Assembly (NCBI GenBank): GCA_018396535.1
Contig: JAGTQC010000002.1
Span: 1 to 64,000, forward strand
DNA: 64,000 bases
Origin: Candidatus Bathyarchaeota archaeon
GTDB taxonomy: Archaea > Thermoproteota > CALKCG01 > B24 > DRYS01
Direction: 5' to 3'
Position numbers and translations under genes: made by a program. The notes below the pieces were generated by a model, which was not told the origin of the DNA, did not search any database, and was given only the letters and a program-made list of their open reading frames with translations. The first letter of the stretch is position 1. Every line of letters begins with the position of its first letter. This document shows, in pieces, positions 19,641 to 29,238 of the stretch.

Positions 19641-20258
19641 ATGAGCGCGTCACGTGAAGAGAATGTATCTAAAATGTTCGCTACAGCTGTAGCTAAGCTT
19701 ATACTCACGATAGCTTTATTTATAATATTTAGTGCTATAATCCAGTATCTAGCAGTAGATTTCCTTCCAAGATTCGGCATAGATATTTCACCCTATAAGA
19801 TCTATGTGGATATTCCGGTATCCCTCCTATTCGGGTATCTCATAGTTCAGAGGTTCTCTACCGTCATATACTGGTCTCTTAGAGCTAAGTATACTCATCC
19901 CGTAGCTGCATCAGTGAAGAGTATAATCCGTATAATAGGTATAGGTGTTATGGTATCAGTAATATCTGGTGCTTTAACGAATCCTACAGCTGGTGTAGCT
20001 TTAGGAGGGTTTATAGGTATGGTTGTAGGCTTTGCATCTCAGAACGTTCTAAGTCAGGTTTTATCAGGCTTATTTATACTGATAGCTAGACCTATAGCTA
20101 TAGGAGAGGTGGTTGAGCTTGGCGGGGTTAAAGGTGTTGTGGAGGATGTATCTACGTTATTCACATGGATAAGAGCTGATGATGGAAGACTCATATTGAT
20201 ACCGAATAACACCGTGATAGGTCAGAGGATTGTAAAGTATCAGCAGAAATCTTCCTAG
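19641..20258 (+). CDS. mscS: Small-conductance mechanosensitive channel
   Basis: GFASQNVLSQVLSG, RPIAIGE, GVVED and IPNN motifs. Confidence 0.9.
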   Translation: MSASREENVSKMFATAVAKLILTIALFIIFSAIIQYLAVDFLPRFGIDISPYKIYVDIPVSLLFGYLIVQRFSTVIYWSLRAKYTHPVAASVKSIIRIIGIGVMVSVISGALTNPTAGVALGGFIGMVVGFASQNVLSQVLSGLFILIARPIAIGEVVELGGVKGVVEDVSTLFTWIRADDGRLILIPNNTVIGQRIVKYQQKSS

Positions 20259-20277
20259 AGTAGCATGGGGTTAGCTA

Positions 20278-21333
20278 TCATCTCCTTATATGTACTCTAT
20301 TCTCTCCTCTAACCTTCTCTACTCTAAGAAGACCGCTTTTCTCAAGCCTCCTGATCATACGCCACACTGTTGTTTTAGGTAGTTTAAGAGATTCTCTGAG
20401 ATCAGATTCGTATGCTACACCACCCTTCTCCCATAATATCCTTAGTAGATTCCTCTCATCATCGTTGAGCCAAGGATTCTTCTCGAATAGATCATCTAGG
20501 CTTCTATATATTTTCATCCTCCTCGAGAGTATCAGAGCAGCAGCACCTAAGCCTAAACCTAACAGTATATACCAGTAGCTTACAAGTATAAGGTATATTA
20601 TACCGAGTATATTCGTAGGTGGTTTAACAGCCTTCCTTGCAGCTTCCAATGCTTCTAAAGCTTTAGCTTCAGCTTCAAGATACATTTTCCTAGATAATAG
20701 ATTTATAGCTTCAGATAGTAGGCTTCTCGCTTTCTCTAACCCCTCCACCCTACCTTCAGCTTCAGCCTCTTCTATACTCTTTAAAGCTTTAGCTATAGCT
20801 TCTAACACCTTCGAAGCTGGATCATAGAGAGCAGAGATGTATTCTATATACTGTAGTCCTCTAGGCATAACTATAGCTATTCTTCCATCTGGTAGTGTGG
20901 ATACTCGTATGGGTATAGATGATAGGTTAACTATCGTAGAGTTCGGCGGTATAGTTACTGTGAAGTTTACTGGTGCATATACTTTAAATCCCCATAGTAC
21001 ACCGTCTTTATAGGTTAACTCAGCCGTCTCGTATTCTACTGTTAAACTCGTAACTCCTAGAGTCTGTATCGTAAGGTTGGAGTCCTCCAGTGTATAGGAT
21101 AGTAGCTCACCGCTACTTGAAACTACCATCAGGTTATCTGCTGTACTCGATGGAATTCTAATAGTGATAGCAGGGTATATCTCATCTACCGTCAACCTCA
21201 TTCTAACAAATACTACTCCATCACCATACACTATGAAATCTAGACTCTCCACCTTATACTCACAGTTTAACGCTACTGTAAGCATAGCAAGAAGTAATAC
21301 GGCTATAAGCGTAAAGATAATCTTCCTACGCAT
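20278..21333 (-). CDS. Membrane-anchored protein with extracellular domain and C-terminal winged HTH
   Basis: Signal peptide, beta-rich domain, TM helix, then LNDDER..GG..ESDLR..LPKTTVWRMIRRLEK.G. Confidence 0.8.
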   Translation of the reverse strand: MRRKIIFTLIAVLLLAMLTVALNCEYKVESLDFIVYGDGVVFVRMRLTVDEIYPAITIRIPSSTADNLMVVSSSGELLSYTLEDSNLTIQTLGVTSLTVEYETAELTYKDGVLWGFKVYAPVNFTVTIPPNSTIVNLSSIPIRVSTLPDGRIAIVMPRGLQYIEYISALYDPASKVLEAIAKALKSIEEAEAEGRVEGLEKARSLLSEAINLLSRKMYLEAEAKALEALEAARKAVKPPTNILGIIYLILVSYWYILLGLGLGAAALILSRRMKIYRSLDDLFEKNPWLNDDERNLLRILWEKGGVAYESDLRESLKLPKTTVWRMIRRLEKSGLLRVEKVRGENRVHIRR

Positions 21334-21427
21334 ATCCCATACACCTTCACCACATCCCTTTTAGTCTCAAATAGGATACATAATTTCTTGGTATGTTATA
21401 AAAACATATACTATTACTTATTTAGGT

Positions 21428-22957
21428 TTAGGTATCGTCTGAATATGTATTAGATATTATTTCTAGAAACCTTTGATAGGATTCCTCATGTCTACTGGAT
21501 GTATTAGGCGTGTATTCCCGAATATGGAACGAGTTCCTAACTATCCTTCTCAAATCCTTAAGCGAATCTACATAACCTAGACCAGCTGCCTGTATTAGTA
21601 TATTACCTATGGAGGTAGCTTCTTCAGGACCAGCGTATACTGGTATACCGGTATAGTCGGCTGTTAGCTGATCGAGTAGCCAGTTTCTAGATCCTCCACC
21701 GAATATATTTATACGATTAAGCCTCCTTCCTATTAGATGTGAAGCTTGATCGAAGACAAGCCTATACTTAAGTGCTAGACTTTCAAGTATAACTCTCACT
21801 AACTCTCCTATACTCGATGGCTTCTCCTGCTCTGTTTCATCTATGAAGTCGTTGATTTCCTCGATCATATTACCTGGAGCTAGGAATCTCGGATCATCCG
21901 GATCTATGAAGGCTTTAGGCTGCTCAACCCTATACGCCATATCTATAAGCTCCTCGTATCCGTATGTATAGCCCCTCTCAGCTAGATTCCTCCTAACCTC
22001 TTCTAGGATCCACATACCCTGCACATTCCTAAGGAAGGTTATGGTACCGAATGCTCCCCCCTCGTTTGTGAAGTTGTAGTTTAAAGCATCATCGTTTATA
22101 AGCGGTTCATTCAGCTCAACTCCTACGAGGGACCATGTACCTGAGCTTACATAACCAGTCTCCCTATCTACTAGTGGAGCTGCAGCTATAGCAGATGCTG
22201 TATCATGGGTAGCTGGAGCTACTACTTCGATACCATCCACTCCGATATCCTCTGAGATACTATCCAGTAGGGGGCCTAGCCTAGTAGCCGGCTCTACTAT
22301 ACTCGGGAGGATATATGTAGGTATACCTAGATCCTCTAGTATATCTATACACCACTCCTTCCTACGGGGATCTAGGAATTGTGTAGTCGATGCTTCAGTA
22401 TATTCTGCAACCTTAACCCCTGTCAGCCAATAGTTGAAGAGATCTGGTATCATTAGTAGGGTTGATGCTATCTTGAGTTGTGGAGAGCTGTTTCTTACCA
22501 TAGAGTAGAGCTGGTATAACGTATTTATCCTCATGAATTGTATACCAGTCCGTTCGTATATCCTTCTACGAGGTATCCTTTCTAAAACTTCATCCATAAC
22601 ACCTTCAGTCCTAGGATCCCTGTATGTATGCGGATTTCCGATAAGCTCTCCTCTACTATCTAGGAGAGCGAAATCTACACCCCAAGTATCTATACCTACC
22701 GATACTAGTTCGCTACGATACTTCTTAGAAGCAATCTTTAAGCAATCTTTAATCCTCTGCCAGAGGTATAGTACATCCCAGTATAAGCTTCCGTGAAGTT
22801 TAACCATATAGTTTGGGAATCTATCAACCTCCTCGACCACTAGCCTCTCATCCTCGAGTATACCTACGATAGCTTTACCCCCACTAGCACCTAGATCTAT
22901 AGCTAGGAATACTGGCCCTCCCATATCCTCTAGCAATTTATCGTTATAGAGAAGCAT
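21428..22957 (-). CDS. rhaB: Rhamnulokinase-like FGGY carbohydrate kinase. Likely start ~22924
   Basis: AIDLGASGG, GIDTWGVDF, TGIQFMRINTLYQL, HDTASA, SSGTWSLVG and TNEGG motifs. Confidence 0.88.
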   Translation of the reverse strand: MLLYNDKLLEDMGGPVFLAIDLGASGGKAIVGILEDERLVVEEVDRFPNYMVKLHGSLYWDVLYLWQRIKDCLKIASKKYRSELVSVGIDTWGVDFALLDSRGELIGNPHTYRDPRTEGVMDEVLERIPRRRIYERTGIQFMRINTLYQLYSMVRNSSPQLKIASTLLMIPDLFNYWLTGVKVAEYTEASTTQFLDPRRKEWCIDILEDLGIPTYILPSIVEPATRLGPLLDSISEDIGVDGIEVVAPATHDTASAIAAAPLVDRETGYVSSGTWSLVGVELNEPLINDDALNYNFTNEGGAFGTITFLRNVQGMWILEEVRRNLAERGYTYGYEELIDMAYRVEQPKAFIDPDDPRFLAPGNMIEEINDFIDETEQEKPSSIGELVRVILESLALKYRLVFDQASHLIGRRLNRINIFGGGSRNWLLDQLTADYTGIPVYAGPEEATSIGNILIQAAGLGYVDSLKDLRRIVRNSFHIREYTPNTSSRHEESYQRFLEIISNTYSDDT

Positions 22958-22987
22958 AAAAGTTAAGCTTAGAGTCTAGTAGATAGT

Positions 22988-23710
22988 ATGGTTGTAGCAG
23001 TTTTGTTCGCTCTATATACTGCTATAGCGAAGAATCTTAGAGGAGTAGTATTGCTAGATGTAAGCGAGGATTGGGTTGTAGATCTACTTAGATGGCTAGC
23101 TAAGAGGTTTAAGTATAGGGATCTAGGTTTCACGCCTAGGATGGTTGCTAGACTTAAAGCATATGATGAGAAGCTTAGAAGACCGTTTAGAGAGCTTACA
23201 TATCCATCGTCTAGCTTCGAAAATCTAGTAGAGATACTTTCAAGTAGGCTTCGTATACCATCTGAGCTATCCGAGCTGCTAGTCTTCTCCTCCATGTATA
23301 TATCTCCAGCAATCCTGATAGGTGAATCTTATAAGCCTTGCATAGAATCTCTATCGTGTAGTATCGTAAGAACGGGTAGGAGTTTAACAGTTAGGGATTG
23401 GAAGCTGCATTTGAGGATAGCAGGCTATACTATCCTAGATCTCTATGAGGATTCGGTTAGGGAGGCTTTAGAAGCTATGAAAAGAGGTGTATATACATCG
23501 TTGATGGATAGGAGGAGGAAGATAGATAGAGATACTAGGAGGTATTGGAGGATAACTGATACCGAGGGTAGGCCTATAGTATACTATGTAGATAACTTAG
23601 AGCTGGCGTTTAAAGCTGGTATACGGGAGGGGGAGGCTGATTGGGCTGCAGCTTTATCGATCATAACGATAGTAAATCTAAACCATGAGCTTATCCATAA
23701 TAAAGACTAG
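22988..23710 (+). CDS. Hypothetical protein
   Basis: 240-aa ORF with host-like codon usage; no family recognised. Confidence 0.7.
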   Translation: MVVAVLFALYTAIAKNLRGVVLLDVSEDWVVDLLRWLAKRFKYRDLGFTPRMVARLKAYDEKLRRPFRELTYPSSSFENLVEILSSRLRIPSELSELLVFSSMYISPAILIGESYKPCIESLSCSIVRTGRSLTVRDWKLHLRIAGYTILDLYEDSVREALEAMKRGVYTSLMDRRRKIDRDTRRYWRITDTEGRPIVYYVDNLELAFKAGIREGEADWAAALSIITIVNLNHELIHNKD

Positions 23711-23758
23711 TTGAAGCGTTGGTTTACGGATACTTTATTCACTATATTTATGATTCCG

Positions 23759-24652
23759 CTACCCCTCCTCTACCTCACCTATTATATCTAGGTATCTCCT
23801 ATGCATCTCTATGATGCGATTCATAGCCTTATCCATAACGCGATTCCTAATCATACTCCTTACCTCGTTTAGAAGCGACTCGATTTCATTCAGTTTGAGC
23901 CCTATCCTCTCCCTTATAGTATGCGGAATCCCTCTAAGCTTATCGTAGATTCTCGATCTAGCTTCCTCAAACTTATCTATATACTTCTCCATCCTCCTAG
24001 CCATTATACGCTCACTATGCGCTATTATCTTAAGCGTTGCTAAAGCTTCAGCTGCTTTAGCTCTAGCATCACCTAGAAGCTTTGCTGCACCGCTTACGTT
24101 TCCATCAGCTAGTAGAGACTTGATCTCAGCTATAGTATCGTTTACCTCTTTCAGTAGATTTTCTACGCTTGATACATCTACACCGTATGCTTCAAGCGCT
24201 TCTGCACTTTCATTCACCCTCTCTACGAACTCTTCTAATCTATTCACCGCTACTGTTAACCCTATCCACCCCATACTGATGTTAGATTTATCTTCAGCTA
24301 TCATCTTAGTAGAGTTGCGTATACATTCTCTGAAAGCGTTCATAGCTTGAAGAGCATAGCTATAGTTTCCTTCACCTAGAGCTCTATTCATAAGTTGTAG
24401 ACCTAGATTATACATTTCTCGTAACCGCGATATATCGAAGCCTAGGTTTTGCGCTATCTGTAGGGATACGTTTGCTCTAATCCTAGCCTTCTCGGCTAGA
24501 TCTATGATCTGCTCTAGCTTTTCATCACCCTTACCCTGAAGTCTATAAGCTACTCCTCCTTGATACGCATATGTAGCTAGAGGGATGTATGCTAGTATCG
24601 ATAGTACCAGTATGCATGGTATAACCCATGTTACCCTCTCCATATGATTCAC
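23759..24652 (-). CDS. Secreted or membrane-anchored helical (coiled-coil) protein
   Basis: N-terminal hydrophobic signal followed by Ala/Glu/Arg-rich amphipathic helices. Confidence 0.7.
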   Translation of the reverse strand: MNHMERVTWVIPCILVLSILAYIPLATYAYQGGVAYRLQGKGDEKLEQIIDLAEKARIRANVSLQIAQNLGFDISRLREMYNLGLQLMNRALGEGNYSYALQAMNAFRECIRNSTKMIAEDKSNISMGWIGLTVAVNRLEEFVERVNESAEALEAYGVDVSSVENLLKEVNDTIAEIKSLLADGNVSGAAKLLGDARAKAAEALATLKIIAHSERIMARRMEKYIDKFEEARSRIYDKLRGIPHTIRERIGLKLNEIESLLNEVRSMIRNRVMDKAMNRIIEMHRRYLDIIGEVEEG

Positions 24653-24720
24653 CTCGAAACATATATGTCTATACCTGGATGATATATAGGATTCTATGGT
24701 ATTCTACCGAATAGATCGTT

Positions 24721-26022
24721 TCAACCCGTTTCTCTACCCATACCTGTCAGCTCTGAGAGTATCTCTTTAGCTCTATCTATCCTTATCACACCCTCCTCAA
24801 CCATCCTCCTAGCTACCTCATCTATCAGATCTCCTGTAGCTCCAGCAGCTATAGCTATATTCCTAGCGTGTAGCTTCATATGGCCTCTCTGTATACCCTC
24901 GGTAGCTAGAGCTCTCAACGCTGCTAGATTCTGAGCTAACCCTACCGAAGCCATAACCTCTGCCAGCTCTCTAGCAGTCTTCACACCTAGTATCTTTAAA
25001 GCTATCCTAGCTGTAGGATGGCTACGTGTAGCTCCCCCGACTACACCTACCGCTAACGGTAGCTCTATCGTTCCTATAAGATCCCCATCTGGCGTTTTAT
25101 CCCATGTAGTTAAGGGTTTATATCTTCCATCCATAGCTGCGTAGGCGTGCGCACCAGCTTCTATAGCTCTATGATCATTCCCCGTCGCTAAGGCTACAGC
25201 TATCACCCCGTTCATTATACCTTTATTATGCGTTGCACATCTATACGGATCGGCTACGGCGAATGCGTAAGCATCTAGTATACCTTCGATAGCATCCTCC
25301 CCTCCTAGGATATCCTTATCGAATATAGCCCATGCTCTAGCAAGCCTATAGGAGGCTAAATTCGATACTATTCTAAGCCTAACCCTACCACCAGCTATAC
25401 GCTCTACTAGCGGCGCCACGGCTTCAGCCATGGTATTCACAGCATTCATACCAGCTGCATCTCTACAATCTACTAGTAGCTCGACTATAACCATGGATCC
25501 TCTGAACGTCTCTAGGACTTTCACTCTTAGATCCTTCGCTCCCCCTCCAAGCCCGACTAGTACCGGATCTCTACTATTAGCTAGATCTAGTATCTCATCC
25601 TTACGCTGTAGTAGTTCGAGTCTAGCTTTATATGGGTTTGGAGGTCTTACAACCTGTATCTGCCCTATCATTATAGGTTCTGTACTAGAAGCATGGAATC
25701 CACCTTTAACCCTAGCCATCCTAGCTCCATTACTAGCTGCAGCTACTACGCTAGGCTCCTCTATAACCATAGGGATTAGATAGTCTCTACCATTTATGAG
25801 GAAGTTTGTAGCTATAGCGAAGGGCATAGCCATCAATCCTACCACATTCTCTATCATCCTATCGGCTATATCATAGCTTAACCTACCGCTTCTTAAGGTT
25901 TCAACCTCTTCATCTGTTAGATCTGCATACTTTCTAACTATACTAAGCCTCTCTTCTACAGAAAGCTTATAGAACTCAGGTATCCTAGATGATTTCGTAG
26001 ACAAGAATAGTTCACCCGCCAA
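24721..26022 (-). CDS. mvaA: HMG-CoA reductase, class II (bacterial/degradative type)
   Basis: MIENVVG, EEPSVVAAAS, THNKGIMNG, GNDHRA and EGIQRGHMKLHA motifs. Confidence 0.95.
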   Translation of the reverse strand: MAGELFLSTKSSRIPEFYKLSVEERLSIVRKYADLTDEEVETLRSGRLSYDIADRMIENVVGLMAMPFAIATNFLINGRDYLIPMVIEEPSVVAAASNGARMARVKGGFHASSTEPIMIGQIQVVRPPNPYKARLELLQRKDEILDLANSRDPVLVGLGGGAKDLRVKVLETFRGSMVIVELLVDCRDAAGMNAVNTMAEAVAPLVERIAGGRVRLRIVSNLASYRLARAWAIFDKDILGGEDAIEGILDAYAFAVADPYRCATHNKGIMNGVIAVALATGNDHRAIEAGAHAYAAMDGRYKPLTTWDKTPDGDLIGTIELPLAVGVVGGATRSHPTARIALKILGVKTARELAEVMASVGLAQNLAALRALATEGIQRGHMKLHARNIAIAAGATGDLIDEVARRMVEEGVIRIDRAKEILSELTGMGRETG

Positions 26023-26078
26023 TTCACCCTATACTTTTTACGAATTAAACTTTTAGCTAACCTGAGAGTTAAAAATAC

Positions 26079-26954
26079 TTGAATGGAGAGTGCTCTATCG
26101 GGATGGAGGAGGGTGAAACTTACGTTATAGCAGCTTCGACGCATAATGTTAAAAGACCTATATCTGATTGGCTCCGCCTCCTCATACACCTCGGCTTCAG
26201 CTATCTAGATGTGGAATGTATTAGGAGTCCTGATGAGAGGGGTAGCATGATGGATAATAGGGTTAGCTTAGAGGAGGTTCAGATAATAGAGAGAGCGGTG
26301 GAAAAGGGTTCTATAAACGTGGTAAGCGTCGAAGCTGGGGGATTATTCGTCGATACACCTCAGATAGCTAGCAGGTATGAGGAGATTGTTAAGAGGATGC
26401 TTAAGCTTGCAAAACGGTTGAAGGCGAAGATAGTAAGCTTTACACCAGCTTCTATGACTGGGAGGGTTTCATGGAAGAGTCTTGTAGATAGCTGTAAATC
26501 TATATGTAAGGAGGCCGATACCCATAAGCTGACTATAGCCTTCGAGAATGGCGAGGTAGGTTCTAGGAAGATTATACAGAGTGTAGAAGATGTGCGTAGA
26601 CTACTAGAGGATGTCGATCAGGATAACCTAGGCTTATGCCTAGATATCTCTGCTGCAGCAACATACGATTTCGATGTAGCTAGGATAATGAAGAACCTGA
26701 TAGACTCTATAGAGATAATCCATATAAACGATATAACGGCCGATCTATTATTCAAGAATCTACCTGTAGGGGTAGGTGATCTAGATTATGAATCTATAGC
26801 TCTAGTACTATCCAGTGTCAAAGCTCCTATGATACTAGAGCTATACTCGGGTTATGGACCAGTAGAGCTATACCTATGTAAACGTAAACTTGAGCAGCTA
26901 TTATCGAAAGCGGCTAGGATGAAGAGGGATTCCTGGCTAAAGAGTGACGGCTAG
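26079..26954 (+). CDS. Sugar phosphate isomerase/epimerase (xylose-isomerase-like TIM barrel)
   Basis: IAFEN, LGLCLD, IHIND, LPVGVGDLDY and ILE motifs. Confidence 0.8.
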   Translation: MNGECSIGMEEGETYVIAASTHNVKRPISDWLRLLIHLGFSYLDVECIRSPDERGSMMDNRVSLEEVQIIERAVEKGSINVVSVEAGGLFVDTPQIASRYEEIVKRMLKLAKRLKAKIVSFTPASMTGRVSWKSLVDSCKSICKEADTHKLTIAFENGEVGSRKIIQSVEDVRRLLEDVDQDNLGLCLDISAAATYDFDVARIMKNLIDSIEIIHINDITADLLFKNLPVGVGDLDYESIALVLSSVKAPMILELYSGYGPVELYLCKRKLEQLLSKAARMKRDSWLKSDG

Positions 26955-27884
26955 TAGGGTTTGGATGAGGGCTAGAGGCGTTAGTATCAGCCATGCACCC
27001 CTAGCAGCTTGATCTATACGGAATCTAGCTAGTAATGCTCTTACATTAGACATTAAGGCTAGGATTATGATCGATTTCAGTATCAGCCATAGGATGGGGG
27101 GTAATAGGGGTCCGGATCCCCCTCCAAGGTATACACATGCGAGGAGCATACTAGCGACTAGAAGCTCTACATCCATGCTCAATCTTACCAACGCTAGCTT
27201 TCTACCACTAAATTCTGTAGCCCATCCAGCTACGAGCTCTGTTTCAGCATGGGGGATATCGAAGGGTATTCTTTCAAGCTCACCTATGAAGCATAAGAAG
27301 GCTACTATGAATCCTATAGGCTGCATTATTATGAAGGGTAGATTCCTACTCTGCCATAGGACTAGCCCTCCTATAGATAGGGTGCCGGCTTCTATCGATG
27401 GGGTAAGTATAGATATTACGAGAGGTATTTCGAAGCTGAATAGCTGTATAGCTGTACGTATACCGCCTATAGAGCTGAATCTATTAGTCGAAGCCCAAGC
27501 AGCTAGTACGATAGATACGCTATACAACGTTAATAGTAGTAGTACGAATACTAGATCACCTTCGAATGATACGAGACCCCTACCCAATTCTAACATAGGT
27601 ATGTACATGGATGCTGTGAGTGGTAGTGTTAGAAGCGCTATGGGTGTTAATCTGAATATCCATCTATCTGCTACTTCGGGTTCTATATCCTCCTTCGATA
27701 GGAGTTTTATTATATCTGCTAGGGGTTGGAGGATACCTGATGGGCCTGTATATAATGGGCCATACCTATGCTGTAGTCTAGCATAGATCTTCCTATCTAG
27801 CCATTCGTATATTAGCGAGAGTATAGTTACGAAAAGTACCCCTGGGAATATGATCATTTCTAGTATAAATATTATGTAATCCAT
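26937..27884 (-). CDS. nuoH: Complex I-like subunit H
   Basis: DRKIYARLQHRYGP, GILQPLADIIKLLSKED, RIPFDIPHAETELVAG and ARFRIDQ motifs. Confidence 0.95.
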   Translation of the reverse strand: MDYIIFILEMIIFPGVLFVTILSLIYEWLDRKIYARLQHRYGPLYTGPSGILQPLADIIKLLSKEDIEPEVADRWIFRLTPIALLTLPLTASMYIPMLELGRGLVSFEGDLVFVLLLLTLYSVSIVLAAWASTNRFSSIGGIRTAIQLFSFEIPLVISILTPSIEAGTLSIGGLVLWQSRNLPFIIMQPIGFIVAFLCFIGELERIPFDIPHAETELVAGWATEFSGRKLALVRLSMDVELLVASMLLACVYLGGGSGPLLPPILWLILKSIIILALMSNVRALLARFRIDQAARGAWLILTPLALIQTLLAVTL

Positions 27885-27887
27885 AGT

Positions 27888-28229
27888 CTAGCCCCCCGCA
27901 TCCTCTATTCTCAAAGCTATGAATAGTAGAGCTGCGATGGTCGGTGCGATGAATAGAGCTACATAGATTGGGCTAGCTGTTAAAGCTAGTGATAGTATAA
28001 CACCTAGGATATCGAATATCATGAAGTATACTAGGTATACGTAGAATCTCGTCACATCTATATTTAATCTGATACCTGGTAGATCTTCACCGCATGCGTA
28101 TGGTTTAACTTTTCCAGGGCTAGCTGAACCCTTAGCCGATATCCTTCCACCTATCCAGTAGATTATCGATGCGAAGATTAGGGGTATCACGATGCTGAGA
28201 GCTACTTCTATCACAGCTTCAACCCCCAT
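27888..28229 (-). CDS. nuoA: Complex I-like subunit A
   Basis: Three TM helices; K..PYACGE loop; FMIFD. Confidence 0.88.
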   Translation of the reverse strand: MGVEAVIEVALSIVIPLIFASIIYWIGGRISAKGSASPGKVKPYACGEDLPGIRLNIDVTRFYVYLVYFMIFDILGVILSLALTASPIYVALFIAPTIAALLFIALRIEDAGG

Positions 28230-28437
28230 CTATACTTGGATTCAACCTAGCTATGCTTCATCTTAATATACTACTTATTATACAAAAATCTTCACCCATA
28301 AATTAGGTTTGAAGTTGTATTCTAGTCTAAGCCTTGATAGATATATTAACTATACGTAGCTCTACAGACTTTAGCTTTAATAAAAATATCGTACCATACA
28401 GTCTCATGTAAACATCTTAGCAGCGGAGGAATGGATA

Positions 28438-28680
28438 ATGCTATTCGAAGCGATACTAGCAGCTTTACCAGTTATCCTAGCTATACTAGCTTTAGAATTT
28501 GAAGATCTCGTTAAGAGTATAGTATCCTTCGGTGCTATGTGCTTATCTATAGCGGTTATATACTGGATCCTTAATGCTCCATACGTAGCTGTATTCCAAG
28601 CTCTGATATATGGTGGAGCTATACTTGCTCTATTCTTAGCAGCGGTTATAGCTATAGGTAGGGGTGAGGGGGATGGGTAG
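28438..28680 (+). CDS. nuoJ: Complex I-like subunit J, N-terminal half
   Basis: LNAPYVAVFQALIYGGAI. Confidence 0.85.
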   Translation: MLFEAILAALPVILAILALEFEDLVKSIVSFGAMCLSIAVIYWILNAPYVAVFQALIYGGAILALFLAAVIAIGRGEGDG

Positions 28681-28927
28681 GATAGCTAGTCGTATACCTG
28701 CATACATCATGCTTATGCTATCGATCCTCATACTCTCGTATCTAGCTTCTACGTATAAGCCTATCATAGTGAAACGCTTCCCATCACCATATACACCTAT
28801 AGGTGATGCTATAGGACGTGAATCAGCAGCCTTCCTATGGGGTTATAGATGGCTCGATATACTAGTCTTAAGCCTACTTCTACTAGTATCTGCAGTTTCA
28901 TGTATCGCTCTCCTTAGGAGGGGTTAA
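28673..28927 (+). CDS. Complex I-like subunit J, C-terminal half
   Basis: ATG 28673 after GGTGAGG; FLWGYRWLDILVLSLLLLVS TM pattern; lies between nuoJ-N and nuoK. Confidence 0.7.
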   Translation: MGRIASRIPAYIMLMLSILILSYLASTYKPIIVKRFPSPYTPIGDAIGRESAAFLWGYRWLDILVLSLLLLVSAVSCIALLRRG

Positions 28928-28929
28928 CG

Positions 28930-29238
28930 ATGTATGAAGCTATACTAGTGTGTAGCGTAGCTTTAATCGCAGTTGCTCTCTACGGATTCTACTCTAAGAG
29001 GCATATGATTAAGATGGTGATCTCTGTAGAGATCCTGGTTAACGCTGCGAACCTTCTACTCATAGCTTTCGGAGCTTACAGAGCTCCAGGATACGTTGAG
29101 CTTCTACCTCAGAGTCTAGCTATACTCTCTATATCATCCGCTGGAGGTGTGACAGCTGTAGCTTTAGCTCTTATACTAGCGGTTTACAAGGTTTACGGAA
29201 CAGTGGATGTTAGGAAGCTGCGTAGGCTAAGGGGGTGA
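28930..29238 (+). CDS. nuoK: Complex I-like subunit K / MrpC-like
   Basis: IKMVISVEILVNAANL and YGTVDVRKLRRLRG motifs. Confidence 0.9.
   Translation: MYEAILVCSVALIAVALYGFYSKRHMIKMVISVEILVNAANLLLIAFGAYRAPGYVELLPQSLAILSISSAGGVTAVALALILAVYKVYGTVDVRKLRRLRG

Noticed and set aside
28438-28927. Split nuoJ as a frameshift or second intron
   Set aside because: The second ORF has its own SD and ATG, no BHB fold is seen, and split J subunits are known in archaeal complexes.
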